64,000 nt of DNA, from NCBI GenBank assembly GCA_964508155.1, contig CAZDRE010000004.1:58989-122988 (forward strand). Direction: 5' to 3'. The stretch comes from an uncultured Candidatus Bathyarchaeia archaeon (GTDB taxonomy: Archaea; Thermoproteota; Bathyarchaeia; Bathyarchaeales; DTEX01). Every line of letters begins with the position of its first letter. The first letter of the stretch is position 1. Shown here piece by piece: positions 1-10,618 of the stretch. A model generated the notes under the pieces. That model saw only the letters and a list, made by a program, of their open reading frames with translations. It did not search any database and was not told the DNA's origin. Made by a program: the position numbers and the translations under genes.

Positions 1-1
1 T

Positions 2-199
2 CTTAGGGAGCTACGTGGAATCTGGGATAGAGCTAAGCCTAAACCTTCCAAAATCGCCATGGAGATGGCGGAGATGCTTGGATTGGAGAAGATCGAGCCG
101 TACGAGTCTGCTCTTGTGCGGTTAAGACTAGAATATTGCAAGAAGAAAAGATGCGTGGAATGTCCAGTGGGGAAATATTGCAGATCATTCAGAAAGTAG
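2..199 (+). CDS. 3' end of a probable HhH-GPD DNA glycosylase-like protein with C-terminal Fe-S Cys cluster (partial, runs off window start)
   Basis: Manual translation of frame 2: LRELRGIW...ESALVRLRLEYCKKKRCVECPVGKYCRSFRK*; the C-x4-C-x2-C-x5-C cluster resembles the EndoIII-family FCL motif. Confidence 0.6.
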   Translation, partial: LRELRGIWDRAKPKPSKIAMEMAEMLGLEKIEPYESALVRLRLEYCKKKRCVECPVGKYCRSFRK

Positions 200-219
200 G
201 ATCTTCAATAATTTGATCT

Positions 220-1491
220 CTAGGAATGTTTCTTTCTGTGATCTTCAAGGATCGCCTTTAATTGCTGATAAGCCGTTAATGCGTTTTTCTCTTCAGCTCT
301 CCTTACTGCCTCCCTTAAATCTTCTGGATTAACGTATGGTAACCCCTCGATCCATTCAACTTCTATATCACTATAAGAGACTACTGGTATCATGCATCTC
401 TCAAAGACTTCTAACGCATTATGAGACATCTGCCCCTTCGTTACGACGATCTTTATTCCCCTTCTTGCTAATTCCTCGGCGGTTGCCGCTCCTCCGCCGC
501 TTGGATCTAAGAGTAGAACGGAGTCTCCAGCTCTAATTCCATAGAGACGAAATGCCTTACGTAGTCCCCTATTGGTAAATGCCTCTATTGGCTTTAGCAG
601 TATTAAGTGTCCCTTACTCTCAAGTTTACGAAGCCTCTGCATCTCATCGAAGCGACGCTTATACTCCTCAAGCTTTATGGAATACTCTCTAATTTTAGCT
701 CTGGCCTCTTCGAGCTCGTCTAGAAGGAGAGCGTATTCCCTCTCACGTCTTATCTCAATTAATTGTCTACTTTGCATCTCCTTAACCATCTCCTTAAGAG
801 ATTCGACCTCAGCCTCTAACGCCCTTATCTTGGCTCTTAACTTCCGATTTGCCTCCTGCATGGCCTTCAATCTCTTACGTTCCCTAGCAAGCCTCCTCTG
901 CAACTCTTCTATGAGATCCTTCAGTCTCTCCTCTCTGGGAACGGGCCTCTTTGATATTACCGACGGCTTATATCTATCCGTTCCCTGTAGGTATTGAATT
1001 GCCCGCTTAAGGGAATAGCCCCTAACGATCAAGTCCTTAATGTCTTCAGCCGAGACATTAAGCGGCAAATCCTTTACGCGAGACTTAATATTCTCGAATT
1101 TCCTCTCATAATGTTTGTATGCCTTTACGGCAGCTGCTAACGCATCAATTTCATGGTTGTTCTTTAATTTCAGCCCATACGTGGCAGCGTATTCCTTCGC
1201 TATCTGCCTCTTCTCATCCGCTCCCATGGAGATAAGAGGCTCATAGAGAACCGCATTTAATTTATGTGAGAGTTGCTCAAGAAATTCCGATGCGGGTGAG
1301 ACGTCACTTGAGATCAGCGTCGGCTCACCTAACTCTGAGATTCTTCTAACTATATCTGATAAACTCCATCCCCTTTTACTCTCAATATGAAGCGGATGAC
1401 CATCCAATGATAGAACTGCCAACCCAACTGTTACGCCAGGATCAACCCCAACTATAAGTCTTCTCATACAACCTAAATCTTCTGGAATCAT
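220..1491 (-). CDS. DUF460-family protein (RNase H-like N-terminus plus long coiled coil)
   Basis: IVGVDPGVTVGLAVLSLDG N-terminus, HEIDALAAA motif, long coiled coil; conserved archaeal architecture. Confidence 0.8.
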   Translation of the reverse strand: MIPEDLGCMRRLIVGVDPGVTVGLAVLSLDGHPLHIESKRGWSLSDIVRRISELGEPTLISSDVSPASEFLEQLSHKLNAVLYEPLISMGADEKRQIAKEYAATYGLKLKNNHEIDALAAAVKAYKHYERKFENIKSRVKDLPLNVSAEDIKDLIVRGYSLKRAIQYLQGTDRYKPSVISKRPVPREERLKDLIEELQRRLARERKRLKAMQEANRKLRAKIRALEAEVESLKEMVKEMQSRQLIEIRREREYALLLDELEEARAKIREYSIKLEEYKRRFDEMQRLRKLESKGHLILLKPIEAFTNRGLRKAFRLYGIRAGDSVLLLDPSGGGAATAEELARRGIKIVVTKGQMSHNALEVFERCMIPVVSYSDIEVEWIEGLPYVNPEDLREAVRRAEEKNALTAYQQLKAILEDHRKKHS

Positions 1492-1592
1492 AATATATAG
1501 AGGTTTAGTTTACCAATGATGATCTAGCTGCCTATTTATCTTACTGATTTTAAACATAATCCTCAGAGGCTTCGTGGCTACAGGATTTACGG

Positions 1593-2498
1593 TTAATTAT
1601 GTTCTTCCCCTATCTCTTTGAACGTCACCCTCAATCCGACATGCCCATCTCCATATGCCTCTGGATATTTTTCTCTGAGAAGCCTTCTGAATGCTTCGCC
1701 GCTACAATGCATCGGATAAATCTTTTCCAATCCAATCTTTAGGAGATTCTTAGCGATATTTTTCATATTCTCCTCACCTGCTCCGATTAGGTGGAAGCCT
1801 CCAATAACGGCATATGGTTTTGAATCTAAATCCTCTTTGGCTTTGGCAACTATCTTGTCAACCCCCGGATGGCTACATCCAACGAACACTATTAATCCCA
1901 AATCCTTCACGTTTACGGCTAGAGCCTGCTCATAGGGCGGCCCATAAAGTTCTCCGATGACCGCTACTCCACTTGATATTACAGTTGTATCCTCAACCTC
2001 AGATATATTAAAGCCTAAACTTCTAATCCAAGCCTTACCTGATCCGCTCATATGCCTTGGAACGTAAACAGTTAGGTTCTTGTTCAATTCAGCAATATAG
2101 CTAAGACCCAATATGTGGTCTGCATGTTCATGGCTGATTACGACCATATTCAGGCTCGCCAGGTCTATGCTAAGCTTTTCAGAATTCGCTTTTAATGCTT
2201 CTGGACTGGGACCTGCATCAAAGAGTATCGTTAAGTTCTCAGTTTCAATGTAAAGGCTTATTCCCCACGGAGAACTTAGATTTCCATATGGATTATTATC
2301 GATTAGAACTGTTACGTTTACGAATTTAACGTTGCCGATCTTGCGGGTTTCATAGCTTAGAGGACGTGGCTTCTCCCATCCTGGAAGAGATATGACGTAA
2401 ATGAGCGATAATGCTATAAAGAGAGAAAATAATGCCACCAATAGTTTATTGGCATTCCTCATGTATATTAACCAAGATGAATAGCATATTGCATGCAT
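1593..2498 (-). CDS. MBL-fold metallo-hydrolase (MJ0301-like) with N-terminal membrane anchor/signal
   Basis: ILFDAG, SHEHADH, GCSHPG, GGFH, HCSG motifs; hydrophobic N-terminal segment. Confidence 0.8.
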   Translation of the reverse strand: MHAICYSSWLIYMRNANKLLVALFSLFIALSLIYVISLPGWEKPRPLSYETRKIGNVKFVNVTVLIDNNPYGNLSSPWGISLYIETENLTILFDAGPSPEALKANSEKLSIDLASLNMVVISHEHADHILGLSYIAELNKNLTVYVPRHMSGSGKAWIRSLGFNISEVEDTTVISSGVAVIGELYGPPYEQALAVNVKDLGLIVFVGCSHPGVDKIVAKAKEDLDSKPYAVIGGFHLIGAGEENMKNIAKNLLKIGLEKIYPMHCSGEAFRRLLREKYPEAYGDGHVGLRVTFKEIGEEHN

Positions 2499-2531
2499 AA
2501 AAACCTTTATTGCCGATTTGACTAAGACATA

Positions 2532-2798
2532 TTGGGTGAAACCTTGAGCGTTATCCTAGAGGATGAAGAAGGAGTCATCAAGGGCGTCCATCATTATCTT
2601 TATAAACGCTATCCTCTCGAGAGATTGGAAAGGGAGATCCTTAACCTCCTCAAGGAAAAGGGCTCGTTGCCGCTTTCAGCCATCTGGAGAAGGTTTGACT
2701 GTCATTTATGGGAAGTATGCGCCGTTCTTAATAGATTAAAGAAAAGAGGGCTTCTTGTAGAGCTCGATTCCAAGTCCGCCGACTATCAGAGCCTCTAG
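2532..2798 (+). CDS. small winged-helix protein
   Basis: EREILNLLKEKGSLPLSAIWRR...VCAVLNRLKKRGLL wHTH pattern. Confidence 0.55.
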   Translation: MGETLSVILEDEEGVIKGVHHYLYKRYPLERLEREILNLLKEKGSLPLSAIWRRFDCHLWEVCAVLNRLKKRGLLVELDSKSADYQSL

Positions 2799-2801
2799 TC
2801 T

Positions 2802-4142
2802 CTATAATCTCCGTAATGCAAGCTCAGCTGCTAGAACCATTGGTTCCCATGTCTCATTTACTGGTGGAGCGTAGCATGTATCCGCCTTAGCTAATTCGCG
2901 CACTGTCATTTGCTTCTGTATAGCGAATGAGAGAGCATTTATCCGCTGAGTTACCTCCTCTCCCCCAACTATTTGCCCGCCGATTATCCTCTCCGTATCC
3001 TTATCAACTATTATCTTAACCCTGATCGATTTTCCACCTGGATAGTAATCTGCCCTTGTCTTCGAGGTTATTGTTCCAGAAACAGTCTCTATTCCAAATC
3101 TGTTTGCCATGAACTCCGTTAGTCCCGTTGCTCCCACCTCTAAATCGAAGAACCTCGTTACGCATGAGCCGAGAGAACCCGTGAAGATCGCGTATCCGCC
3201 AGCCGCGTTTATCCCGGCAACTTTAGCTTGTCTTACAGCCGTTGTGCCAAGCTGACTGAGCATAGGCCTTCCAGTTATCAGATTTATGGATTCAACGCAG
3301 TCTCCTGCGGCATATACATCTTTCACGCTCGTCTCCATTCTCATGTTCGTTTTTATCCCGCCTGTCTCACCAATTTTTATGCCTGCATCCTTAGCTAATT
3401 GAACGTTAGGCCTTACGCCTGTTGCCACGATCACTAAGTCGGCGGGAATTTCCTCTCCAGCGACTGATACCGCATTTACGTGGTCATCTCCGAGGATCTC
3501 GTCTACACCCTTTCCAGTTATGATCTTAAGCCCCTTTTTCTCCAAGTTCTTTTGGACAAGATTAGCCGTGTCCTTATCAAGCATGGCTGGGCAGATCTGA
3601 GGAAGAAGCTCCACAACTGTCGTATTTACTCCGCGTTCAACGAATGCCACAGCTGTTTCTAGGCCTATTAGTCCGGCGCCTATCACAACAGCGGACTTCG
3701 CCTTCTCCAAGGCCTGATCGATCTTCCTTCCATCCTCGATCGTTCTTAGGGTGAAAACTCCATCTTTATCTCTTCCCTTTATTGGGGGGACAAATGGATA
3801 TGCGCCTGTTGCAATAATTAGGCTGTCATATTGCAGAGTTTCGCTTTTACCGCTCTTATCCTCGATCTCAACGATCTTTTCTTCAGTGTTTATCTTTTTC
3901 GCCTTTGTCTCTAACCTAAGATCGATCTTCATCATGCGATAGTACGAGGGAGGGAAGACTATTAGATCATCGAATCTCTTTATGTGTCTTCCGATGACAA
4001 ATGGTATTCCGCATGGAGAGTACCCCGCAACCTTTTGGTCAGTGATCATCGTGATCTCAGCTGTTCTGTCGGTCTTTCTGGCGGCTGAAGCAGCATCTGT
4101 CCCAGCGGCATGTGCTCCTATAATCACGATCTTCCGAGCCAT
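2802..4142 (-). CDS. FAD-dependent pyridine nucleotide-disulfide oxidoreductase (NADH oxidase/CoA-disulfide reductase family)
   Basis: YSPCG redox Cys, GAGLIG NAD motif, TSVKDVYAAGD, C-terminal YAPP. Confidence 0.9.
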   Translation of the reverse strand: MARKIVIIGAHAAGTDAASAARKTDRTAEITMITDQKVAGYSPCGIPFVIGRHIKRFDDLIVFPPSYYRMMKIDLRLETKAKKINTEEKIVEIEDKSGKSETLQYDSLIIATGAYPFVPPIKGRDKDGVFTLRTIEDGRKIDQALEKAKSAVVIGAGLIGLETAVAFVERGVNTTVVELLPQICPAMLDKDTANLVQKNLEKKGLKIITGKGVDEILGDDHVNAVSVAGEEIPADLVIVATGVRPNVQLAKDAGIKIGETGGIKTNMRMETSVKDVYAAGDCVESINLITGRPMLSQLGTTAVRQAKVAGINAAGGYAIFTGSLGSCVTRFFDLEVGATGLTEFMANRFGIETVSGTITSKTRADYYPGGKSIRVKIIVDKDTERIIGGQIVGGEEVTQRINALSFAIQKQMTVRELAKADTCYAPPVNETWEPMVLAAELALRRL

Positions 4143-4233
4143 ATAGATCCTCCAGTAATATAGTGAACATATACTGAATCATAAAAACTACCTTAAAATA
4201 TTTAATATAATCCTTCTAGAGACCCTTAAATAT

Positions 4234-4737
4234 TTATTCTTGAAGTTTCTTGATCATCACATAGGCGTTTTCTCCATCAGCATAGTATCCCCTAATTACT
4301 GTATGAACCTCGAATCCTACCTTCTTATATAGTCTGATCGCAGGCTCATTGCTCACGCGCACTTCTAAGTAGCAACTCTTAGCATTATAGAACTTCACCA
4401 TGTTCTCTAGGGCCTTCTCAATTAACGCTTGACCTAAACCCTTTCTTTGATGCTCGGGGAGAACCGCAATTGAGATTATATGTCCCTTCTTTGAGATGCT
4501 AAGTGGCGTGAAGCTAATATTTGAGAGCCCGCTTTCTATTCTGCACATTATGTAGCCTACTACAACTCCATCCTTCTCGGCGACTATGAAGGTTTCGGGA
4601 AAGTTTCTATAGAGACCGATGAAAAAGCCTTCAGAATAATTTTCGGGTAGGCATCTTCGATTGATACTTATGACTTGATACAGATCTTTTAAATCGAATT
4701 TTCTAATGTTATATGTGGAAGCAGTCTTTCCTTCCAT
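4234..4737 (-). CDS. ard1: N-terminal protein acetyltransferase (archaeal Ard1/RimI GNAT)
   Basis: LPENY, GHIISIAVLPEHQRKGLG, YLEVRVSN, YYADGENA. Confidence 0.85.
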   Translation of the reverse strand: MEGKTASTYNIRKFDLKDLYQVISINRRCLPENYSEGFFIGLYRNFPETFIVAEKDGVVVGYIMCRIESGLSNISFTPLSISKKGHIISIAVLPEHQRKGLGQALIEKALENMVKFYNAKSCYLEVRVSNEPAIRLYKKVGFEVHTVIRGYYADGENAYVMIKKLQE

Positions 4738-4812
4738 GAAGGATCGCTTCCAAATTTATCTTAAGGATGAAATGTATAAAAATAGAATTTATTTCTTTCC
4801 CGAAAAGAAAAA

Positions 4813-6066
4813 TTATGATTTTACGGATGGGATTGTGAGGTTGCCATATGGAATGAAGGATATTTTCCCTTTGTCTCTGGAGGACTCGATTAGCATTCGA
4901 TAAGCCTCATTAGCTGTTCTGGCAACCTTCAAATTAGGGATCTTAGAGATATAATAGTTCGGCATTGCCGTGACTATTGATAGATTGATCCGTTGAAGAA
5001 CATTCATTAGCCGATAAGCCATAAGTTTTGGTATGCTGAAGCTCCTCTCTAAATCTTTTCTTAGAAGCCTCAAATTCGAGTATTTAAGTATGGTTTCTAG
5101 GAATTCCTTGTCTCCAAAACCATGCGAACACTCAGCGACTAAGACAAGATCCTTCTTTTTCCCCAGAACATCTAAGGCCGTGTCTAGGCATAGTGTAGAC
5201 TCTTGAAAAGTCGCATCAAAAAATGAGCCTCCGGGACTTATAAAGACTACGTCAGCTCTATCCTCCACCGAAATCCTATAGATGCTGTCTGCAAATTTAA
5301 CGGCTTCCAAAAAGGACTTATTGACTTCTCCCGCAAATGCCTTTACAACTTTGAATTCCCCATTCATCACAATGTGCAGGGCCAGATCAACATGAATCTT
5401 CTCAGCTGCCCCGCTAATCTCTTCATAGACAGGATTATCCTTGAGTCTTCCCCTCCTAGTTATCTCGTCTAATCCGAGCTTGAAGATCTCATTACTCGAA
5501 TATATATCAGCGATGCCTGGGATAATCAATTCCCATCCGCCACCGTAACCGATGATCGGGTGCGGCTGAACCGTTCCCACGAGGATCTTCACATCAGCCT
5601 CTAGGAAGTTCCTATTTAGGTAAAACTTGATTCCGCCTGGAGAACTACCGAAATATAAATTTTCACCGACTCTGTGGCTATGCCGTATAATCCTTAATCT
5701 TTCGGATAGACAGGTATCGGGAGGGAGATCATGCTCAGATGATAACCTGAATGGATCATGGGCTATTATCAACGTAACATCTTCATCTCTTACACCTGCC
5801 GATCTGAGCTCATCAATTAATGTGCATATAATCATCCGATTTATTTGGAGAAATGATTCTTTAAGAACAATTGACACTTTTGTTTCTGATTTGGCGATAT
5901 CCTCTATGCTCCTGCCTCCGACTGGATTTTTCAGTGCGCTTCTTATTTCTTCCTGTGGATCCGGTGGAACATCGACATCTTTAGGCTTGATCACATCGAG
6001 CAAGCTGGCCGTGGGAATTCTGACGCAGACTTCAGAATCTCCGTAGGGAAGCCAGACCTCAACCAT
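4813..6066 (-). CDS. LarA (lactate racemase, DUF2088)-fold protein with degenerate active site
   Basis: WLPYG start, ALKNPVG, PH..GYGGG...IPG, SPGG...D, AECSHGFG, IPYG end match the LarA scaffold. Confidence 0.75.
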   Translation of the reverse strand: MVEVWLPYGDSEVCVRIPTASLLDVIKPKDVDVPPDPQEEIRSALKNPVGGRSIEDIAKSETKVSIVLKESFLQINRMIICTLIDELRSAGVRDEDVTLIIAHDPFRLSSEHDLPPDTCLSERLRIIRHSHRVGENLYFGSSPGGIKFYLNRNFLEADVKILVGTVQPHPIIGYGGGWELIIPGIADIYSSNEIFKLGLDEITRRGRLKDNPVYEEISGAAEKIHVDLALHIVMNGEFKVVKAFAGEVNKSFLEAVKFADSIYRISVEDRADVVFISPGGSFFDATFQESTLCLDTALDVLGKKKDLVLVAECSHGFGDKEFLETILKYSNLRLLRKDLERSFSIPKLMAYRLMNVLQRINLSIVTAMPNYYISKIPNLKVARTANEAYRMLIESSRDKGKISFIPYGNLTIPSVKS

Positions 6067-6090
6067 TAATAAGCCTCATCTCCACATTGA

Positions 6091-7011
6091 CTATCGAGCT
6101 TGGTTATTAAAGAATTGAATTATCTTTTCAGCAATCGCTTTTGATGTTTCTTTTTGAGCCTCAACTGTCTGGGCTCCAATATGAGGAGTGCATATTACGT
6201 TTGGCTGTTTTATCAATTCTAATCTCTTAGGAGGCTCTATTGAATATACGTCTAAGGCTGCTCCGCCTAGCTTTCCAGAGCGCAATGCCTCTAATAGAGC
6301 CTCCTCATCAACCACCCCTCCCCTCGAAGTATTGATTAAGTAGGCCCCATCCTTCATCAAGCCAATCTTTTCAGCATTTATCATATTCCTAGTCTCTTCT
6401 GTCAATGGAACATGGATGGATACTATATCGCTCTGCCTTAGCAATTCATCCAACGGAAGAAATTTCGCCTCGAGACTCTTCATTAATTCTGGCGGTGGAG
6501 GAGTTCTTTTTGTCACTAAGATCTCCATTCCCATGGCTTTTGCAATGCGAGCGACTCTGGAGCCTATTCTTCCTAACCCGATTAATCCCAGTTTTTTACC
6601 CTTTAATAGGAAGCCCGTCAATTCCTTTTTAAGCCATTCCCCACGCTTCATTGAATAGTCCGCACGTGGGATCTCCCTTGCCAATGAGACCATAAGGCCG
6701 ATCGTTAACTCAGCCACCGAATCAGCCGAGGCTTCAGGCGTGTTTATAACTGCTATTCCCTTTTCCCCTGCGGCCTTTAGATCTATATTGTCAAGTCCTG
6801 ACCCAGCTCTGGCTATCAGCTTGAGATTCTTTCCGTTATTAATAATCTCACGTGTGACTTTAGTTCTGCCCCTAACAATTATGGCGTCGTAATCTTTAAT
6901 TCTCTCTTTGAGCGTTTCTTTATATTCCAAGAATTCAATCGTGAAACCTGCACTTTTAAGTTTTTCAGTTCCGATGGGATCTATAGGGTCACAAATCAAA
7001 ATCTTTGGCAC
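6091..7011 (-). CDS. serA: D-3-phosphoglycerate dehydrogenase (short type, no ACT domain) / D-2-hydroxyacid dehydrogenase
   Basis: RAGSGLDNID, GLGRIG, INTSRG, TPHIGAQT. Confidence 0.8.
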   Translation of the reverse strand: MPKILICDPIDPIGTEKLKSAGFTIEFLEYKETLKERIKDYDAIIVRGRTKVTREIINNGKNLKLIARAGSGLDNIDLKAAGEKGIAVINTPEASADSVAELTIGLMVSLAREIPRADYSMKRGEWLKKELTGFLLKGKKLGLIGLGRIGSRVARIAKAMGMEILVTKRTPPPPELMKSLEAKFLPLDELLRQSDIVSIHVPLTEETRNMINAEKIGLMKDGAYLINTSRGGVVDEEALLEALRSGKLGGAALDVYSIEPPKRLELIKQPNVICTPHIGAQTVEAQKETSKAIAEKIIQFFNNQAR

Positions 7012-7034
7012 TCTAATCAGCCTGCCTCTCGTAT

Positions 7035-8495
7035 TTATTCTTTCATCTCTTTTCTCGTCTTAAATTTAGGTTTTCTCCTCATACAGCTGTAGTCTCCAGT
7101 TGTACATGACAAGCATATCTCTGATATAGGCAATCCTATGCCTCGGCTGAGACCTTCAACGCTGTTGTATCCCAAAAAGGATACGCCTATATGCTTAGCC
7201 ACTCTCCTGTTAATCTCTTCCAGATCTTTTATGCCCCTGCAGACTCTATATGCTAGAAGCTCCTTCTGCGTTGGAAAGTCTATTCCTGCATAGCATGGAT
7301 ACATAACTGGCGGGAATGTCACAAGAAACGATACTTCTTTTGCTGATTTGAGTTTATTCTTAATGATTATCCTTGAGCTCGTCCCTCTTATAATGCTATC
7401 ATCTATTAAGATTACTTTCTTTCCCTTGACCACATCCTCTATCGCTAATATATTTGAGATTACCTCCTCCCTCTTTTTAGGCTCGATGAAGCTCCTCCAG
7501 CTTCCCTTCCTACGGTAGCGATCCTTCATCAATCCCTCCTCAAATGGTATCCCAGACTTCTCAGAGTAACCGAGGGCGGCTGGTCTAGCGGAGTCAGGAA
7601 CTGGAACGACTACATCTCCATCGAGCGGATAGATTTCGGCCAACACTCTCCCGATATTCTTTCTGGCTGAATATACATTGATTCCTTCTATTCGTGAGCT
7701 TGGATTCGCAAAGTATGTGTATTCGAAGGGACAATGTGCATGTCTATTCTGCTCCGAGAATCTTTCCGAGATCAGTCCATTCTTATTTATCCTTATTATC
7801 TCGCCCGGCTCGATATCTCTGATGAGCTTTGCGCCTAAAACGTCTAGGGCGCAACTCTCAGAGGCAACGATGTATGATGATGTTTCTTCATGCCATCCAA
7901 GACATAATGGTCTAAATCCCCTCTCATCCCTAGCAGCTATTAATTCTTTTTTATCGGTTAGAATGACAACTGAGAATGAGCCATTCAGGTACGGATTTAA
8001 TTCCTTAAAGGATTCAGCCCATCCTCTGCCATTCTTTATGTTCTTATAGAGGGCTAAGCCCATCAGCTCCGTATCCGTTTTACCCTTGAAGGAGGAGAAG
8101 CCCTCCTCTGAGAGATATTCGGCTAGGAGCTCTCTTTCAAGCGTTCCATTATGTGCTATGCAAAATCCGTATTCATGCGGAGGGAAGCCTATCCTTATTG
8201 GATGGGCATTCCTTAACGTTGATCTGGCAGTTGTCGAGTATCTTACATGCCCTATCCCGACGGCTCCCTCAAGCCTACTGATATTTTTTGCTTCTTTCTC
8301 GATTGACTGTGAGATTATTCCTGCTCTTTTAAAGGGTTGAACTTCAGGAATGGAGATCCCCCAGGACTCTTGCCCTCTATGTTGGAGGGCCTCTAAACCG
8401 ATAATGAGCATGGAAACTATATTTTGCTCATTAAAGGAGAATATTCCTATTACTCCGCAATGTTCCTGAATCCTACCTTCTATCATGAGACTCAT
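7035..8495 (-). CDS. purF: amidophosphoribosyltransferase (propeptide and Fe-S type)
   Basis: EH|CG Ntn nucleophile, QHRGQE, GHVRYST, IDDSIIRG PRPP loop, Cys ligands CPFE/PCYAGID/CLSC. Confidence 0.95.
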   Translation of the reverse strand: MSLMIEGRIQEHCGVIGIFSFNEQNIVSMLIIGLEALQHRGQESWGISIPEVQPFKRAGIISQSIEKEAKNISRLEGAVGIGHVRYSTTARSTLRNAHPIRIGFPPHEYGFCIAHNGTLERELLAEYLSEEGFSSFKGKTDTELMGLALYKNIKNGRGWAESFKELNPYLNGSFSVVILTDKKELIAARDERGFRPLCLGWHEETSSYIVASESCALDVLGAKLIRDIEPGEIIRINKNGLISERFSEQNRHAHCPFEYTYFANPSSRIEGINVYSARKNIGRVLAEIYPLDGDVVVPVPDSARPAALGYSEKSGIPFEEGLMKDRYRRKGSWRSFIEPKKREEVISNILAIEDVVKGKKVILIDDSIIRGTSSRIIIKNKLKSAKEVSFLVTFPPVMYPCYAGIDFPTQKELLAYRVCRGIKDLEEINRRVAKHIGVSFLGYNSVEGLSRGIGLPISEICLSCTTGDYSCMRRKPKFKTRKEMKE

Positions 8496-8655
8496 AGAGA
8501 ATTTAATATCTCATGTTTAAAATTTATCTTTTCATTGAAGAAAAAACTCCGGTGGTCTTATCAGAATAGAACTAAAACCAATTGTGTGTTGCTTCTTTAG
8601 GATACAGAATGGTTTTGGAAATTAGATGCGTCGTGAACCTTGCTTCTCTGCCGGG

Positions 8656-10530
8656 TTATTCCCATATTGGCTTTAGGGCCTCTGTTAGTTCAAGCTCAAT
8701 TAGCTTCTTGACGGTTGGTTTTCCATCCATATTCCATCCTCTTATCTTATAATATTCATTTAATGCTTTATCGAATGGGACTGGAATTTTTCCTGAACTT
8801 TTTCCGGACTTTAGCGCTTCAAACATTCTTGGCGGAGCAGAATCGTCTTTTCTGCTGATTCCAAGGCGAACATTGATTATCCGCTGGAGGGTAAATATTC
8901 TCTCTGCGACCTTAAGCATGTAAGCCGCATCGATATTCCATCCGGTAATATGATTAAGGAATGCTATCTGATCGGATAGTGTTAGTCCTCCCCAAACCAT
9001 AAATTCGCATTGAACTAGAGAGTTGAAGAGGACTGACCAGTCCTGATATCTGGCCGCGATCTCGGCGGCTCCATCCATGCTATGAGGCTTATTCAACTTT
9101 TCTATTCCCCATTCTGGAATCGGCAGGGACGGGGCCCAGGGGACGAATCCTCTCTGATGACATGCTCCACGCGCACCTGTAGCATAATTTATTATCAGCG
9201 GGAATATTGCTCGGGGATCATGGGCTGGATACTCCAATCCTTTCGTATGAACTACTATCTTTTGGGCTTCTGGATGTATGTGTTCCGCGGCCTTCACTGT
9301 TCCCTCAGCAAGAATATTCCCTAATCCTTCCCTCTTGACAGTTTTATGTATGAGTTCTATGGCCGGGTCGGCCTCTCCCCATCTCGGCTCTATCCCGTCG
9401 AGATCCTCCGGCGTCAGCCATCCTCTCTCCACACACTCCGTTACAAAGCCTATTATGGAGCCCATAGATATCGTGTCAACTCCATACTCATTGCATATAT
9501 GGCCCAAGTATCCTATTGCCTTTACATCCACTATCTTATTGAGCCAGCCAATCATACCTATGGTCTCGTATTCTGGCCCATGACCGTCATATGCATATTT
9601 CTTAGGCTCATCAACTCGTGTATGTCTGTGACATCCTATTGGACACATGATACATGCCTCACCGCTTACAGTTATCTCTTTGAAGTGATCGCCATCGATT
9701 AGTTCTATTCCCTCGAGGCTTCCCTCCCTCCAATTTCCAGCCAAGCCATAGCCCCTTTCATCATGAAAAGCCTTTGCAGCGGACGTCGTTCCATACTCAC
9801 GTAGAGAAACAGCCTTCTCATGTATCTGTTTAGATAACTGCTGCGCTAGTTCCTGAAGCCTATCTGGTTCGGCGATGTCCACGTTTAATGTTCCCTTCGT
9901 GGCTATTGCCTTAAGATTCTTTGATCCCATAACTGCCCCCAATCCGCATCTACCGGCGAATCCATGATCGTTTGTTATGCATGCGAACTTGACCAGATTC
10001 TCTCCGCCGGGCCCGATGCATAGAACACTCGCAGTTCTTTCGCCGAGATCCCTCTTTATCATGTTTTGAGTTTCAGATGTAGGCTTTCCCCATACATCTG
10101 AGGCGTCCCGAAACTCTACTTCTCCATCGCATATCCACAAGTAGGTTGGCTTCTCGGCCATGCCCCTAATCGCTAGGGCATCGAATCCAGAACGTTTAAA
10201 GTGATATCCCCAGCTTCCTCCAGCGCAGCTCTCGCCCCAAATATTTGTTAAGGGCGACTTTGCGGCTACGATCCATCTTCCAGATCCGGGAACAGCTGTT
10301 CCCTGGAAGGGTCCAACTGAGAAGACGATTATATTGTCTGGGCTCAGCGGATCAACTTTTGGATCAACTTCCTCAAAGACCAGTTTAGCGGCGACTCCTA
10401 CTCCTCCGAGATACTTCTTAAAGAACTCCTCTTTGACCATTCTAATGGAACAGTGCTTGGCGGATAAATCTACAATGAGAATCCTGCCCCAAAAACCATC
10501 CATCAAATTTACCTCCAAATTCTTATCCAA
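8656..10530 (-). CDS. tungsten aldehyde:ferredoxin oxidoreductase family protein
   Basis: KSPLT, AGRCGLGAVMGSKNLKAI, CxxCPIGC, GPEYET, DPR; true start probably MDGFWGR near 10503. Confidence 0.9.
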   Translation of the reverse strand: MDKNLEVNLMDGFWGRILIVDLSAKHCSIRMVKEEFFKKYLGGVGVAAKLVFEEVDPKVDPLSPDNIIVFSVGPFQGTAVPGSGRWIVAAKSPLTNIWGESCAGGSWGYHFKRSGFDALAIRGMAEKPTYLWICDGEVEFRDASDVWGKPTSETQNMIKRDLGERTASVLCIGPGGENLVKFACITNDHGFAGRCGLGAVMGSKNLKAIATKGTLNVDIAEPDRLQELAQQLSKQIHEKAVSLREYGTTSAAKAFHDERGYGLAGNWREGSLEGIELIDGDHFKEITVSGEACIMCPIGCHRHTRVDEPKKYAYDGHGPEYETIGMIGWLNKIVDVKAIGYLGHICNEYGVDTISMGSIIGFVTECVERGWLTPEDLDGIEPRWGEADPAIELIHKTVKREGLGNILAEGTVKAAEHIHPEAQKIVVHTKGLEYPAHDPRAIFPLIINYATGARGACHQRGFVPWAPSLPIPEWGIEKLNKPHSMDGAAEIAARYQDWSVLFNSLVQCEFMVWGGLTLSDQIAFLNHITGWNIDAAYMLKVAERIFTLQRIINVRLGISRKDDSAPPRMFEALKSGKSSGKIPVPFDKALNEYYKIRGWNMDGKPTVKKLIELELTEALKPIWE

Positions 10531-10618
10531 ACGTTATGAACAAAATTTTTATGCTTTATGGTGAATTCCGCATGTAAATTTGCGCCGCGGAAAATTCATT
10601 AATAAAAACACTCATTTT

